From a virus (lineage: Duplodnaviria > Caudoviricetes), in IMG/VR virus record IMGVR_UViG_3300027887_000012, positions 397 through 64,396 of that record: DNA of 64,000 nt; one strand, written 5' to 3'. The notes below the pieces were generated by a model. The model made no database searches and was not told the origin of the DNA. It worked only from the letters and a program-made list of their open reading frames with translations. How positions within the stretch are numbered: the stretch's first letter is position 1; each line of letters starts with the position of its first letter. A program made the translations under genes and the position numbers. Below are positions 48,809 through 58,415 of this stretch, in pieces.

Positions 48809-49645
48809 TTGGGTGGTGCAGGTAGTGGTTGGTTCGCATCGGCAGGACACGTATCCCATAAAACCGTTGATGTTTTACAGGTAGGACGCATTGACAAAGA
48901 GTATGCGAAAATCCCCAACAACTACGAGATCGAACATATTAATGGGCATTATGATAAGGACGCGTTTGAATCAATTGGCGCATATACCAATGCAAGTGGT
49001 GACTATACAACCATCAATAAAATAATGCGCGGTATTGATCCCAGTGACGAGAAGTATGGTCATCCAGATCAGATTTGGGTATATCGAACGCACGGACTTA
49101 TCCCGAAGGATGAGGCAATCATGCAGGCACAAAAAGATATTGAAAATCTCAATCGCGCAATGGAGAAAACCCCATTAAAAGGAGATGTGAAAGTATATCG
49201 CGGAGTACCAGAATATCTGGCAAACACTTTAATATCAGGAAAAACAATAACTGATAACGCATTTCAGTCCACTTCTTTATCATTGCGTCCAGCGTCAAAG
49301 TTCTCCTTTGTGTATTCAAACAACAACAACTCCAAGACGATCGATGTTTTGGAATTCGTTGCAAAGAAAGGTGAACCATCGATTTTTTCTGAAGATTATG
49401 GTGAGAAAGAACTGATCCTGAAAGGCGGTCAGTATAAAGCGATATCTTACACTCTTGCAACGACTCTCAAAGACCCAGATGGTGAAATTCCTACTTATTA
49501 CAAACCAACGCGCATTATTCAGGTAGAACGTATCCCAAAGACAGGACAACAAACCACGTTCGTTAAAACCGACCCCGGCAATCCTGCATTAGATTTCGCA
49601 AAACAAGTTGAGTCATCGAAGATCGCTGGTGCAACTCCCGCATGA
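48809..49645 (+). CDS. N-tagged ADP-ribosyltransferase (R-S-E clade)
   Basis: TTG start; MGGAGSGWFASAGH tag; YT...YTTIN, VYRG, FQSTS, GEKELIL. Confidence 0.85.
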   Translation: MGGAGSGWFASAGHVSHKTVDVLQVGRIDKEYAKIPNNYEIEHINGHYDKDAFESIGAYTNASGDYTTINKIMRGIDPSDEKYGHPDQIWVYRTHGLIPKDEAIMQAQKDIENLNRAMEKTPLKGDVKVYRGVPEYLANTLISGKTITDNAFQSTSLSLRPASKFSFVYSNNNNSKTIDVLEFVAKKGEPSIFSEDYGEKELILKGGQYKAISYTLATTLKDPDGEIPTYYKPTRIIQVERIPKTGQQTTFVKTDPGNPALDFAKQVESSKIAGATPA

Positions 49646-49670
49646 CTTTTTCCCAAGGAGGGGATACATT

Positions 49671-50213
49671 ATGGCAGCTACAATGTATATTTCAGAATCG
49701 AACGGTACGACGCCCACAGTTACGCAAAGTGTAACTTCACTTAACTTTGGGTATTCGTTGACAACCGCGGCAGATTTGACGAATCTGACTGCGAACTTAT
49801 ATCCTATACCCGCGGCAACTTCACTCGGCAGATCGTTTGAAAAGTGGGTCAGGTTCAACATGTCAACACTCGGTGGGTCAACCTATTGTTACAACTTCAA
49901 AGTATATTGTTCATCATCACTCGGTGCGAGTGCAGAGATCAGGACGAATGCAAGTTCAACAACTGGTGCGGCTCTTACGTTCCCAACAAGCTCGGGACCC
50001 AGTACCCTGTCAAGAGAAACAACATATTACTACAACGTGGTTCTATCAACAGTCATCCCAGCGAGTAATAACGTGATGATTTCAGGCACATCTTCATGGT
50101 TGTCAGGATCATCTGGGTTCTCGGACTACGTTGTGTTCCAGCTCTATGCAAGTTCAAGTGCAACAGTCGGGCAGACAGTGACACTCTCATTCCAATATGA
50201 TGAAGTCGCATAA
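49671..50213 (+). CDS. S/T-rich structural protein of second fibre module
   Basis: SFEKWVRF...SDYVVFQL...TLSFQYDE. Confidence 0.6.
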   Translation: MAATMYISESNGTTPTVTQSVTSLNFGYSLTTAADLTNLTANLYPIPAATSLGRSFEKWVRFNMSTLGGSTYCYNFKVYCSSSLGASAEIRTNASSTTGAALTFPTSSGPSTLSRETTYYYNVVLSTVIPASNNVMISGTSSWLSGSSGFSDYVVFQLYASSSATVGQTVTLSFQYDEVA

Positions 50214-50223
50214 GGTGATTTGA

Positions 50224-50367
50224 ATGGGTGGACCCGGTTCAGGTAGAAAGGCAACAGGTCGTGCCGCAAAACCCGCAGGAAAAAAGAGTATTCCTGATAA
50301 GGAACGCACGCACGTACCCAAATATTTTGGGTTTGGTATTGGATTCAGAATGGTCAAACGAAAATGA
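50224..50367 (+). CDS. 47-aa basic peptide with MGGPGSG tag
   Basis: Not in ORF track; AGGTGA RBS; MGGPGSGRKATGRAAKPAGKKSIPDKERTHVPKYFGFGIGFRMVKRK. Confidence 0.65.
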   Translation: MGGPGSGRKATGRAAKPAGKKSIPDKERTHVPKYFGFGIGFRMVKRK

Positions 50368-50403
50368 ATATCTATCATACCACGATAGAGGGCGGTCAAT
50401 ACA

Positions 50404-50817
50404 ATGACACACTATTTTTATCAGGACGGAAAAGAACCGATTGAAATCGCACCAGAGCGATGGCAATGGGAAATCTATTACGATGACGGATCGGTTCTCA
50501 AACAGTTTGACGATGAAGGTAAATATCATCCTTTTTCTGATATAAATCAGGCACGACCAATCAATAAAGTTCAGATGGTCACTGACAATAAAGCCCCGAT
50601 TGTCATTTACTGGAAGACAGGATATAAACTAATACATTTTCACACAAAGAACGTCATGCGCGTACAGGTGGGTGTTGATATCGAAATGCAACCTCTTGAA
50701 TCATTCCGCATTTACGTTTTTGGATATCAATACGGTCACGAAAAAGTCATGTTAGCCATAATGCCTGACGATGGAGTGATTGTCATTGACGATATAGAAC
50801 GATTACAGGTGAGTTAA
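50404..50817 (+). CDS. conserved phage hypothetical protein
   Basis: ERWQWEIYYDDG..LKQFD..G.YH...IYVFGYQ. Confidence 0.65.
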   Translation: MTHYFYQDGKEPIEIAPERWQWEIYYDDGSVLKQFDDEGKYHPFSDINQARPINKVQMVTDNKAPIVIYWKTGYKLIHFHTKNVMRVQVGVDIEMQPLESFRIYVFGYQYGHEKVMLAIMPDDGVIVIDDIERLQVS

Positions 50818-50819
50818 CT

Positions 50820-51581
50820 ATGGTGTTAAGTACTGCACACGGCGCATCAACTCTTTTTGCCGCAGAATGGAATGATATGATCTACGCACTCAATCACGCA
50901 GATTCAACGGTAGATCATCAGGCAATGTCAAGTAACACGAACTGGAACGCGACAACTTCCGCACACGGATATCTCCCGTCATTGGATACATTCTCAACCA
51001 AATTCCTCACATCAACAGGTGGGTGGGCAGCTCCCACAACTGCAAACACCAACCTGATTTCAACAGGCAATCTCCCGACAGAGATGTGGAAGGCATATAC
51101 CACCGGTACTGCAACGACAATGTTTGCAGAGTTATCAACATTTGTCGGTGCGTTGGCAACCGTAACCTCATGGGCATACCCGATCTATTCAGTCAGAATC
51201 CCCAATTACGTTTTACCGAGTAAAGTCGATGTAACCGTAACCGCGGCAACCTGTTCCACAAATGTTGTAAATACCTCTGTTCTGTTATTCGTTCAAGCTG
51301 CACCAAGAGCAGGGTCAAACCAACCGGTTGACTTTAAAACGACTGCAACACTTTCAACGAAAATGCCGGGTGTGATTTTTGGGATATTCCCCTCATGTTC
51401 AAGTTGGGCGGTATTCTCAACTATAATGACGATCGCGGGTGGAGAAACTTATACGTTCTACGCATTATCAACAACTGCACCACTCGTTAAAATAAAAGAC
51501 TTTAAGTTCATAGGAACAACCGCAGTCCCACAATACCCCGCGGATGTGTGGACAACTGCATACGGGTCAACGGTGGGGTAA
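50820..51581 (+). CDS. fibre-like S/T-rich protein
   Basis: AAEWNDMI N-terminus; H(G)YLP..STKFL..GGWAAP fibre motif. Confidence 0.55.
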   Translation: MVLSTAHGASTLFAAEWNDMIYALNHADSTVDHQAMSSNTNWNATTSAHGYLPSLDTFSTKFLTSTGGWAAPTTANTNLISTGNLPTEMWKAYTTGTATTMFAELSTFVGALATVTSWAYPIYSVRIPNYVLPSKVDVTVTAATCSTNVVNTSVLLFVQAAPRAGSNQPVDFKTTATLSTKMPGVIFGIFPSCSSWAVFSTIMTIAGGETYTFYALSTTAPLVKIKDFKFIGTTAVPQYPADVWTTAYGSTVG

Positions 51582-51592
51582 AGGAGAACATA

Positions 51593-51958
51593 ATGGCAAC
51601 TATTGACAAGAATTCGATAACCGTAACAAAAACAAATGACAATTCGGTATTTAAAGTAGATTTCGATTTCACAGATAGTACTACTCTTGATATTAATCAG
51701 GGGTGGTTAGTACCGTGGCTACATGCAAGTTTTATGTCAGGCATTGAGGTATCACCCCCAGAATTTAACGAAGCTGGATTGGCGGCAATGGCATACGCGC
51801 GACGTTCAACTATTGAATCTGGATTTGAATCATATCTACGTTCAAACTACGGGGCATCTGTTATCCGTTCACAGAATCCCACATCACAAATCTATCAAAA
51901 GATTCAGATCATGGCAGTATCATCCACAGTCATTTTCAATACGGTGGTGGCAACATGA
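51593..51958 (+). CDS. hypothetical structural-cluster protein
   Basis: GGAG RBS; coupled to neighbours. Confidence 0.55.
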   Translation: MATIDKNSITVTKTNDNSVFKVDFDFTDSTTLDINQGWLVPWLHASFMSGIEVSPPEFNEAGLAAMAYARRSTIESGFESYLRSNYGASVIRSQNPTSQIYQKIQIMAVSSTVIFNTVVAT

Positions 51959-52344
51959 CATTCACAAAAACAATATACCATACGCTTAGTACCGTAACCA
52001 TAGCAACATCATCGGAATATGGTTCAACCGCGTGTACTTGGATTGATATGTCTGAAGCAGTATTAGCCGAAGCTCAATGTCAGGTAGTCTACAGCACATT
52101 AGGAACAACCGGGGCAATCTGTAAAATTTACAGTTTGGATACATCATCGCCTTTCACATCCACAACAGCATCTTATTCTGCGGTAGATCAATTCACCTTA
52201 CCCTTTGCATCGTCAAGTATTATGCGGATTATGAATAAACCCTTTATTCCATCGGGCAAATGGATGACCGGAACTATTTATAATCCCGATACAACGAGTA
52301 TCACGTATGCAACGGTAAAACTTATCGTTCAGAAATCAACATAA
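51955..52344 (+). CDS. S/T-rich beta protein (structural cluster)
   Basis: Jelly-roll-like alternating pattern. Confidence 0.5.
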   Translation: MTFTKTIYHTLSTVTIATSSEYGSTACTWIDMSEAVLAEAQCQVVYSTLGTTGAICKIYSLDTSSPFTSTTASYSAVDQFTLPFASSSIMRIMNKPFIPSGKWMTGTIYNPDTTSITYATVKLIVQKST

Positions 52345-52358
52345 GGGGGTAACTCCTT

Positions 52359-55241
52359 ATGGCATACTTCTATCCTCAATGGAAATTTGTTCAAAGGATA
52401 GCGGTAGCTAATCCCCCTACAACAACCGGATATCAGGTAAAAATCACTATTCCTTGGAAACCCGGTATGCGGGATGATTTCGCAGACCTACGTTTTTCAG
52501 ATTATAAAAGAATATTACCATATTGGATAGAAACCACTTCGACAACAACCCGCGTATCGGCTGTTGTATGGGTAAAATTAACCGAAACTAATAATAACGC
52601 AATAGAATTTTTCTGTTATTACGGGAATGGTACTGCAACTTCAGAATCTACGGGGTCAATCTTTGAACTGTTTGACGATTTTACGGGGTCATCTCTTGAT
52701 ACTACATTATGGACGAGGATTGATGGAACAGATGATACGATATCAAATTCTGTTTTTAAGACAACGCTTGCCGATCACACAGGAGTTTATGAGGGTATCC
52801 GTACCAATTCAGCAGTCGCGGCGACATGTAGATTAGTCTTTTATGAAAAAGTATATATCAATGGGTCAAGCGAAACACATCACGGATTCTATATCGGGGA
52901 TGGAGCCTCGAATCTTTACTTTACCGGATGGGCAGATCCTGATGTTTATTGGGATGGGGTAAGTACCAATTATTACACCGGGATAACTTCAGGCGTTTTT
53001 GCACGATATGAATGTATCCGTAATGGAGCAACGAACACACTGGTTTATTGTAATAACGTTTATCTGGGAGCTGATACAGTAGGGGATACTGGGGAACATC
53101 AAGTCGGATTCTTGTGTGATACCAGTACTGGAATAAACAACGCATTTGAATTAGATTGGGTATTCGTTACAAAATATCAGGGAGCTGATCCTGTTTGTAC
53201 CCCTGCACAAATACTCATTAACCCCCCATATTATCAATCGTTAATCGGTCAAAAACTTGCATTAGCCCCTTCAGCCCCCGGCACATCCAATCCATTAGTT
53301 CTTGATTCGGGTACACTGGATAATGATTATCTTGACATTCAACGGACAACATCTACCGTAACTAAAACTGCATCCTATGACATTTTACGGGCAAGTCAAA
53401 CCGTTAGTAAATCAGCGGCATATAAAATCGCGCGGGTAACAGCCGCGATTACGAAAACATCCGCGTATAAAATCCAAAGGGTAACGCAAACAGTAACAAA
53501 AACAGCCACGTATGATATTTTAAGAACAACCTCTGCGGCGATCACAAAATCAGCCGCGTATAAGATTGCCCGCGTAACAGCCGCAATTACAAAAACCGCG
53601 TCATATGATATTCAACGGATTAGTCAATCGGTAACAAAAACCGCAACCTATGATATCTTACGGGTATCCCAAACAGTTTCAAAAAGCGCGGCGTATAAAA
53701 TTTTACGGATAACCCCTTCAACAATCACAAAGACCGCACAATATGAGGTTACTCCCGCTACTACTACGGGAACGGTAACGGTTACAAAGACTGCGGCATA
53801 TAAAATCGCGCGGGTCATAACAACAATCACAAAGACCGCGAACTACGATATTCAACGGATAACCCAGACTATTACTAAAGGTGCGGCATACAAGATTCTA
53901 TCCTCCCTGACCGTAGCAAAACAGGCAAGTTATGATATCCTCCGCCCTACCCAGACCCTTACGAAACAGGCAAAATATAATATCATCCCGATAGGCGCAA
54001 CAGTTACACTCACAAAGAACGCGGCATATAAGATTGCCCGCGTTACTTCAGCGATTACCAAAACTGCGACCTACGATATCTTACGGATTACACTGGCAGT
54101 TCAAAAGGCGGCGGCTTATAAAATTTTAACCTCGCCAACATTAACGAAACAGGCGGCATACCGCATCCTACGACTTACCCCCTCAACCATCACTAAATCA
54201 GCCACGTATGATATCCTACGGATTACTCCTGCGGTCATTACGAAACAGGCGGCGTATAAAATCGGCAGGGTAACATCTGCGCTTACAAAAACTGCCAATT
54301 ACGATATAATCAATACAAAGACAATCTATGTTTCAGCATCCTATTGGATTTTAGGACAATCCACAAACACACAAACGGTTACAAAGAGCGCGGCATATAA
54401 AATTCAGCGCATACCGCAGACTGTAACAAAGACTGCGAAGTATAATATTGCCCTGCTTGCCTCCCCCTTCACAGTATCAAAGAGTGCCGCGTATAAAATC
54501 GCAAGAGTAATTACCGCAATCACAAAATCGGCAGACTACCACATTCAGAGAATCTCACAATCAGTTACAAAATCCGCAACCTATGATATTCAAAGGGTAT
54601 CCCAAACAGTAACAAAATCTGCGGCATATAAAATCCAATCCAGTAAAACGATTACGGTATCGGCAACATACTGGATTTTTGGTCAGGGAATAGGTAGTCA
54701 AACCATTACTAAATCAGCCGCGTATAAGATTCAACGGATATCCCAGACAGTTCAAAAGACGGCGCAATATAAGATTAGTAGTTCTGTAGCGGTAGTTAAA
54801 TCTGCATCCTATAAAATATTAAGGATTACAACAGCCCCGGTTACAAAGGCGGCTCAATACCTCATTCAAAGGATTACCCCTACTACCATCAGTAAATCAG
54901 CGCAGTTTAAAATAGCGGTAAGTAAAACAGTATCTAAACAGGCATCATATAAGATTAAGATCACAGGTGGTTCAGGTGGCGGAGGGGGTACAGGAGATTA
55001 TTCTGGTCTTATACAAGTCGATGCGAAATATCAGATCACGCCCGCTGGGTCAAACATTGTCTTTACTACTGCAACATATAAGATTAAACAGACCGGCGGG
55101 TCGGGTCCCGGTGGGTCAAAGGTTATTCAAGTGACTGCATCATATGGTATTATCAATCCTAACTGGCACGAACCTTACTGGTATGAACGCGCATTCCATG
55201 AAAAAGAAATGGTCTGGAATATAAGACAGAGGCGATCATAA
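52359..55241 (+). CDS. DUF2341-type adhesin with ~38 short tandem repeats
   Basis: DFADLRFSD...LPYWIE...VWVKL...YYGN...FELFDDF N-terminal domain; repeats of [TS]K[TSQ]AxY[KD]IxR. Confidence 0.75.
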   Translation: MAYFYPQWKFVQRIAVANPPTTTGYQVKITIPWKPGMRDDFADLRFSDYKRILPYWIETTSTTTRVSAVVWVKLTETNNNAIEFFCYYGNGTATSESTGSIFELFDDFTGSSLDTTLWTRIDGTDDTISNSVFKTTLADHTGVYEGIRTNSAVAATCRLVFYEKVYINGSSETHHGFYIGDGASNLYFTGWADPDVYWDGVSTNYYTGITSGVFARYECIRNGATNTLVYCNNVYLGADTVGDTGEHQVGFLCDTSTGINNAFELDWVFVTKYQGADPVCTPAQILINPPYYQSLIGQKLALAPSAPGTSNPLVLDSGTLDNDYLDIQRTTSTVTKTASYDILRASQTVSKSAAYKIARVTAAITKTSAYKIQRVTQTVTKTATYDILRTTSAAITKSAAYKIARVTAAITKTASYDIQRISQSVTKTATYDILRVSQTVSKSAAYKILRITPSTITKTAQYEVTPATTTGTVTVTKTAAYKIARVITTITKTANYDIQRITQTITKGAAYKILSSLTVAKQASYDILRPTQTLTKQAKYNIIPIGATVTLTKNAAYKIARVTSAITKTATYDILRITLAVQKAAAYKILTSPTLTKQAAYRILRLTPSTITKSATYDILRITPAVITKQAAYKIGRVTSALTKTANYDIINTKTIYVSASYWILGQSTNTQTVTKSAAYKIQRIPQTVTKTAKYNIALLASPFTVSKSAAYKIARVITAITKSADYHIQRISQSVTKSATYDIQRVSQTVTKSAAYKIQSSKTITVSATYWIFGQGIGSQTITKSAAYKIQRISQTVQKTAQYKISSSVAVVKSASYKILRITTAPVTKAAQYLIQRITPTTISKSAQFKIAVSKTVSKQASYKIKITGGSGGGGGTGDYSGLIQVDAKYQITPAGSNIVFTTATYKIKQTGGSGPGGSKVIQVTASYGIINPNWHEPYWYERAFHEKEMVWNIRQRRS
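53361..55160 (+). repeat. intragenic ~13-20 aa tandem repeats (about 38 counted)
   Basis: e.g. TVTKTASYDILRASQ, TVSKSAAYKIARVTAA. Confidence 0.9.
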
Positions 55242-56785
55242 TGGCATCACCATCACAAAACCCATATCAGACTGCGCATTTGCAGGATGTATTCAAACAC
55301 CTTGCAGATTACGCGCAGACTCGTATGGCAGACTTTGAAAAGTTGTCGGCACCAGATTACGCGCGCGCAATGCAGGAAGTCAGAAACGTTGTTGCAGATG
55401 CATATGGGCAATACGGTCAAGCTGGTACACTTACTTATGCAGAAATGCAACGGTACAATCGTATAGGTAAACTAAAATCGGAAATCGAATATGCAATAAA
55501 AAACAACCTGCGTGAAGTTGCACCGAAGGCACAAAAGATACTCACAGATACCGCAAATTACTCTTATAACGGGAGTGCGAATATTGCGGCGCAATTGACA
55601 ACCATAAAACTACCAAAACTATCTGCGCAGGAAGTATCTGACATTATCAACAAATCACCGGGAATTGGGCCCGGCATGTCGTTTATTGACCGCATGAGAT
55701 TACGACAATCTGATACCATTGTGCGTATGCAAAAAGACGTGATGCGTCAACTCATGAAACCAGACGGCGCGCCGTTAGAGGACACATGGGCATCAATTCA
55801 ATCATCAATGGAAAAGACATATCTGCGAGATATCGCCGCATTAAAAGACGAGGCGCATCATGTATCTCAAAGTGCGATTGATGCAAGTGTGAAATATGGG
55901 ACCGATGCAGGACTCAAACCCGTTAAAATCTGGATGACCGCTGGTGATGAGAAAGTAAGACCTGCACACGCGGCACTTGATGGGCAGGTAAGAGATGCCA
56001 ACGAACCGTTTACTGTTGGTGAAGATACAACCTTTGCAAGCGGGTCTGGTACAGAATGGGATGGGTATCAGGCAATGGCACCAATGGAGTTTGGTGAACC
56101 TGCACTTGACTATAATTGCAGGTGTTGGATAGTGGCAGATTGGAGAGATTCTGGTGAAGAATCGGTTGATCCTGATATTCGTGTAGAAGCTGCAACCAGA
56201 CACGCGGACGCGGTTGATCGTTCTGATAGTATCATGAACCTCTTTAATAAGATCGTTAGTGATTATGGCGGTGACATTAACGGAGATTACAATCTTACAA
56301 ATTATCGAACAAAGAGCGAACCTTCTATCGCAGAGAAAATCTCGCGCAAAATGGATATGGCAAATCGATATAACGAGCCCATGACCGTTCAAGAAGCTGC
56401 CGACAGTATCAAAGATTATTCACGATTTACCGCAGAATTCCCCCCAGATATTTACACTGAAGGTTATTATATGACCTACGATTCACTTTTAAAAGAAGGG
56501 TGGGAACCAGTTGATGTTGAAAACAAATGGGTATCGAACCCAGAATATCATGGGATTAACACACAATGGAAACTACCAGACGGTAATTATGTAGAAGTGC
56601 AGTTCCACACACCAGAAGGATCAAACTATATGCAGGGGACAGGACATAAATTATATGAGGCGTATCGGACAAGTGACGATCTCTATACAAAATGGTCACT
56701 ATGGTCACAAATGGTTGACAACTGGGAATCAATCGACCAACCCCCCGGGATTGATGAGATCACTGATTATAAGGGAGGCGCATAA
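55241..56785 (+). CDS. MuF (SPP1 gp7-like) minor head protein fused to RelA/SpoT-like nucleotidyltransferase
   Basis: KIWMTAGDEKVRPAH..LDG...NCRC MuF motif; RTKSEPSIAEK...KDYSRF...YHGIN...EVQFHT C-terminal domain. Confidence 0.85.
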   Translation: MASPSQNPYQTAHLQDVFKHLADYAQTRMADFEKLSAPDYARAMQEVRNVVADAYGQYGQAGTLTYAEMQRYNRIGKLKSEIEYAIKNNLREVAPKAQKILTDTANYSYNGSANIAAQLTTIKLPKLSAQEVSDIINKSPGIGPGMSFIDRMRLRQSDTIVRMQKDVMRQLMKPDGAPLEDTWASIQSSMEKTYLRDIAALKDEAHHVSQSAIDASVKYGTDAGLKPVKIWMTAGDEKVRPAHAALDGQVRDANEPFTVGEDTTFASGSGTEWDGYQAMAPMEFGEPALDYNCRCWIVADWRDSGEESVDPDIRVEAATRHADAVDRSDSIMNLFNKIVSDYGGDINGDYNLTNYRTKSEPSIAEKISRKMDMANRYNEPMTVQEAADSIKDYSRFTAEFPPDIYTEGYYMTYDSLLKEGWEPVDVENKWVSNPEYHGINTQWKLPDGNYVEVQFHTPEGSNYMQGTGHKLYEAYRTSDDLYTKWSLWSQMVDNWESIDQPPGIDEITDYKGGA

Positions 56786-57372
56786 TGGTAGGCGGGCCCG
56801 GGTCAGGTAATTTTGGTCATGCAGGACGACCGGGAGAGGTTGGTGGCAGTGCGAGTGTAGGCAGTGCGCCGAAATCTTCACCAGAAAGTAAAAACATAGG
56901 TCATGGGTCACGATTGAATGGTCATCCTAAAACAGAGGCAAAACGCATTAAAGAAGGTGTGCCAAAAGAAGTCAAAGAACGAAAACATGGGATAGAAGAA
57001 ATCACGTATGCCTATACTGGGTTGAGTGAAATGAAAGTCGATGCACCAAAAGTCGATCGTTCAAACATCCCAAAGAACGATATCGAACGACAAGGCAGAT
57101 GTTTTGAACTTGCAGGCAGGTTTGTTATGGATAATCCCGATTGGAATATCGTTCATGCGACCTTATACCCACGACTTGGAAATTTCGGTGACAGTATTTA
57201 CTTTCATGGGTATGCGCAAAAAGATAAGATTATCTTTGACCCGGTGTTTAATCAGTTCTTTAATGCAGACAAACACGAAAAATATTATACGACAACAGAT
57301 AAACGTATATACGATCACACAACGGCAATGAAAATGATGTTAAAATCTGGCAATTATGGGCCATGGGAGTAA
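56785..57372 (+). CDS. N-tagged papain/transglutaminase-like effector
   Basis: MVGGPGSGNFGHAGRPGEVGGS tag; GRCFELA...HGY...IFDP putative Cys-His-Asp triad. Confidence 0.6.
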   Translation: MVGGPGSGNFGHAGRPGEVGGSASVGSAPKSSPESKNIGHGSRLNGHPKTEAKRIKEGVPKEVKERKHGIEEITYAYTGLSEMKVDAPKVDRSNIPKNDIERQGRCFELAGRFVMDNPDWNIVHATLYPRLGNFGDSIYFHGYAQKDKIIFDPVFNQFFNADKHEKYYTTTDKRIYDHTTAMKMMLKSGNYGPWE

Positions 57373-57374
57373 CT

Positions 57375-57668
57375 ATGGAATCAACTGATACCGCACCAGT
57401 TTATGAGGTTAAATCTCAACAGTCTTTTTTAACAAAAGAAGATGCAATAAAACTCATGATGAAATCGGCGCAATATTATAAACAACGCCCAGTGTATTCA
57501 GGAATAAAAAAGGATATAATAATAAAATTCGATGGTAATTTCTCATACTGGTCACCATTAGATCAGATGTGGATAAAAGACGATTACCTGTTTAAAGAGT
57601 GTATGCAAGGACATATGGAACGAATCACGTATGATGAGGCAATGAAAATGATTGAGGAGTTGAAATAA
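57375..57668 (+). CDS. small protein, candidate immunity protein
   Basis: YY...FSYWS...W..DDYLF...ERITYDEAMKMIE; lies in toxin cluster; untagged. Confidence 0.45.
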   Translation: MESTDTAPVYEVKSQQSFLTKEDAIKLMMKSAQYYKQRPVYSGIKKDIIIKFDGNFSYWSPLDQMWIKDDYLFKECMQGHMERITYDEAMKMIEELK

Positions 57669-58414
57669 TGGGTGGTCCCGGTAGTGGATGGTTTGCGAGT
57701 GCAGGACATGTACCGCATGTAACTGAACTGGTATCTGGTATGCGATATGCACCAGAGGTAATGAACACGATAAATCAAAAGTTCGCACGACAACCGAAAG
57801 GTCAAGGAAAATCTGTTCCGTTAAAAAAGGATGAACTCAACGCTGTCCTTAATGCGGGAAAATATGGGTTGGTCAGTGCGGGACCCAACACGAAAGAAAC
57901 TGATGCAGGCGCGAAAGATAAGGATAAAGACGAACAGTATTTCCGCGATCGTCACGATCAACTTAAATCATCACTGAATGAAATGGGATATCAATATACT
58001 GAAGTCGTTGGGAAATATGGAGAGATAGAAGATTCGTTCCTCATAATGACTCACGAAACTGATAAGGCAGACCTGATGAATCTCGGTATGAAATTCAATC
58101 AGGACAGTGTGATTTATGGTGAAGGTGGTAAACAGGAGATGATCTACACTTCAAAATCCTATTACGAAATCGGTGAGAAAGGCGATCCTAATTACAAGCG
58201 TATCCCAGTAACAATCGGTGACGCGCATGTTGGTACAGGATTCGATACCGTTGATTTAGAGGCAAATAACTATTATACTGAAGTGCCAACTCCTGAAGGC
58301 AAAGTCAGGTTCAGTTTGCATTATGATTTTGAGAAGGTGCAAACTTCAACCCTTGGTGATTATAAATCAAAGGATTATCAATCATCTTCACCGATTGATA
58401 ACAGGCAGGTGTGA
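57668..58414 (+). CDS. N- and C-tagged SAM-lyase-like (T3 SAMase/DUF3293-like) protein
   Basis: MGGPGSGWFASAGH tag; YGLVSA...RHDQL..SL...GKYGEIEDSF...FNQDSVI; ends PIDNRQV. Confidence 0.6.
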   Translation: MGGPGSGWFASAGHVPHVTELVSGMRYAPEVMNTINQKFARQPKGQGKSVPLKKDELNAVLNAGKYGLVSAGPNTKETDAGAKDKDKDEQYFRDRHDQLKSSLNEMGYQYTEVVGKYGEIEDSFLIMTHETDKADLMNLGMKFNQDSVIYGEGGKQEMIYTSKSYYEIGEKGDPNYKRIPVTIGDAHVGTGFDTVDLEANNYYTEVPTPEGKVRFSLHYDFEKVQTSTLGDYKSKDYQSSSPIDNRQV

Positions 58415-58415
58415 T

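Noticed and set aside
54960-55120. GGSGGGGG and GGSGPGG in the repeat protein as copies of the N-terminal tag
   Set aside because: They are internal Gly-rich linkers without the NFGH or WFASAGH extension.
58323-58415. Longer start for the JAB ORF given in the track
   Set aside because: It overlaps the end of the previous gene; ATG 58416 follows the AGGTG RBS and begins the conserved tag.
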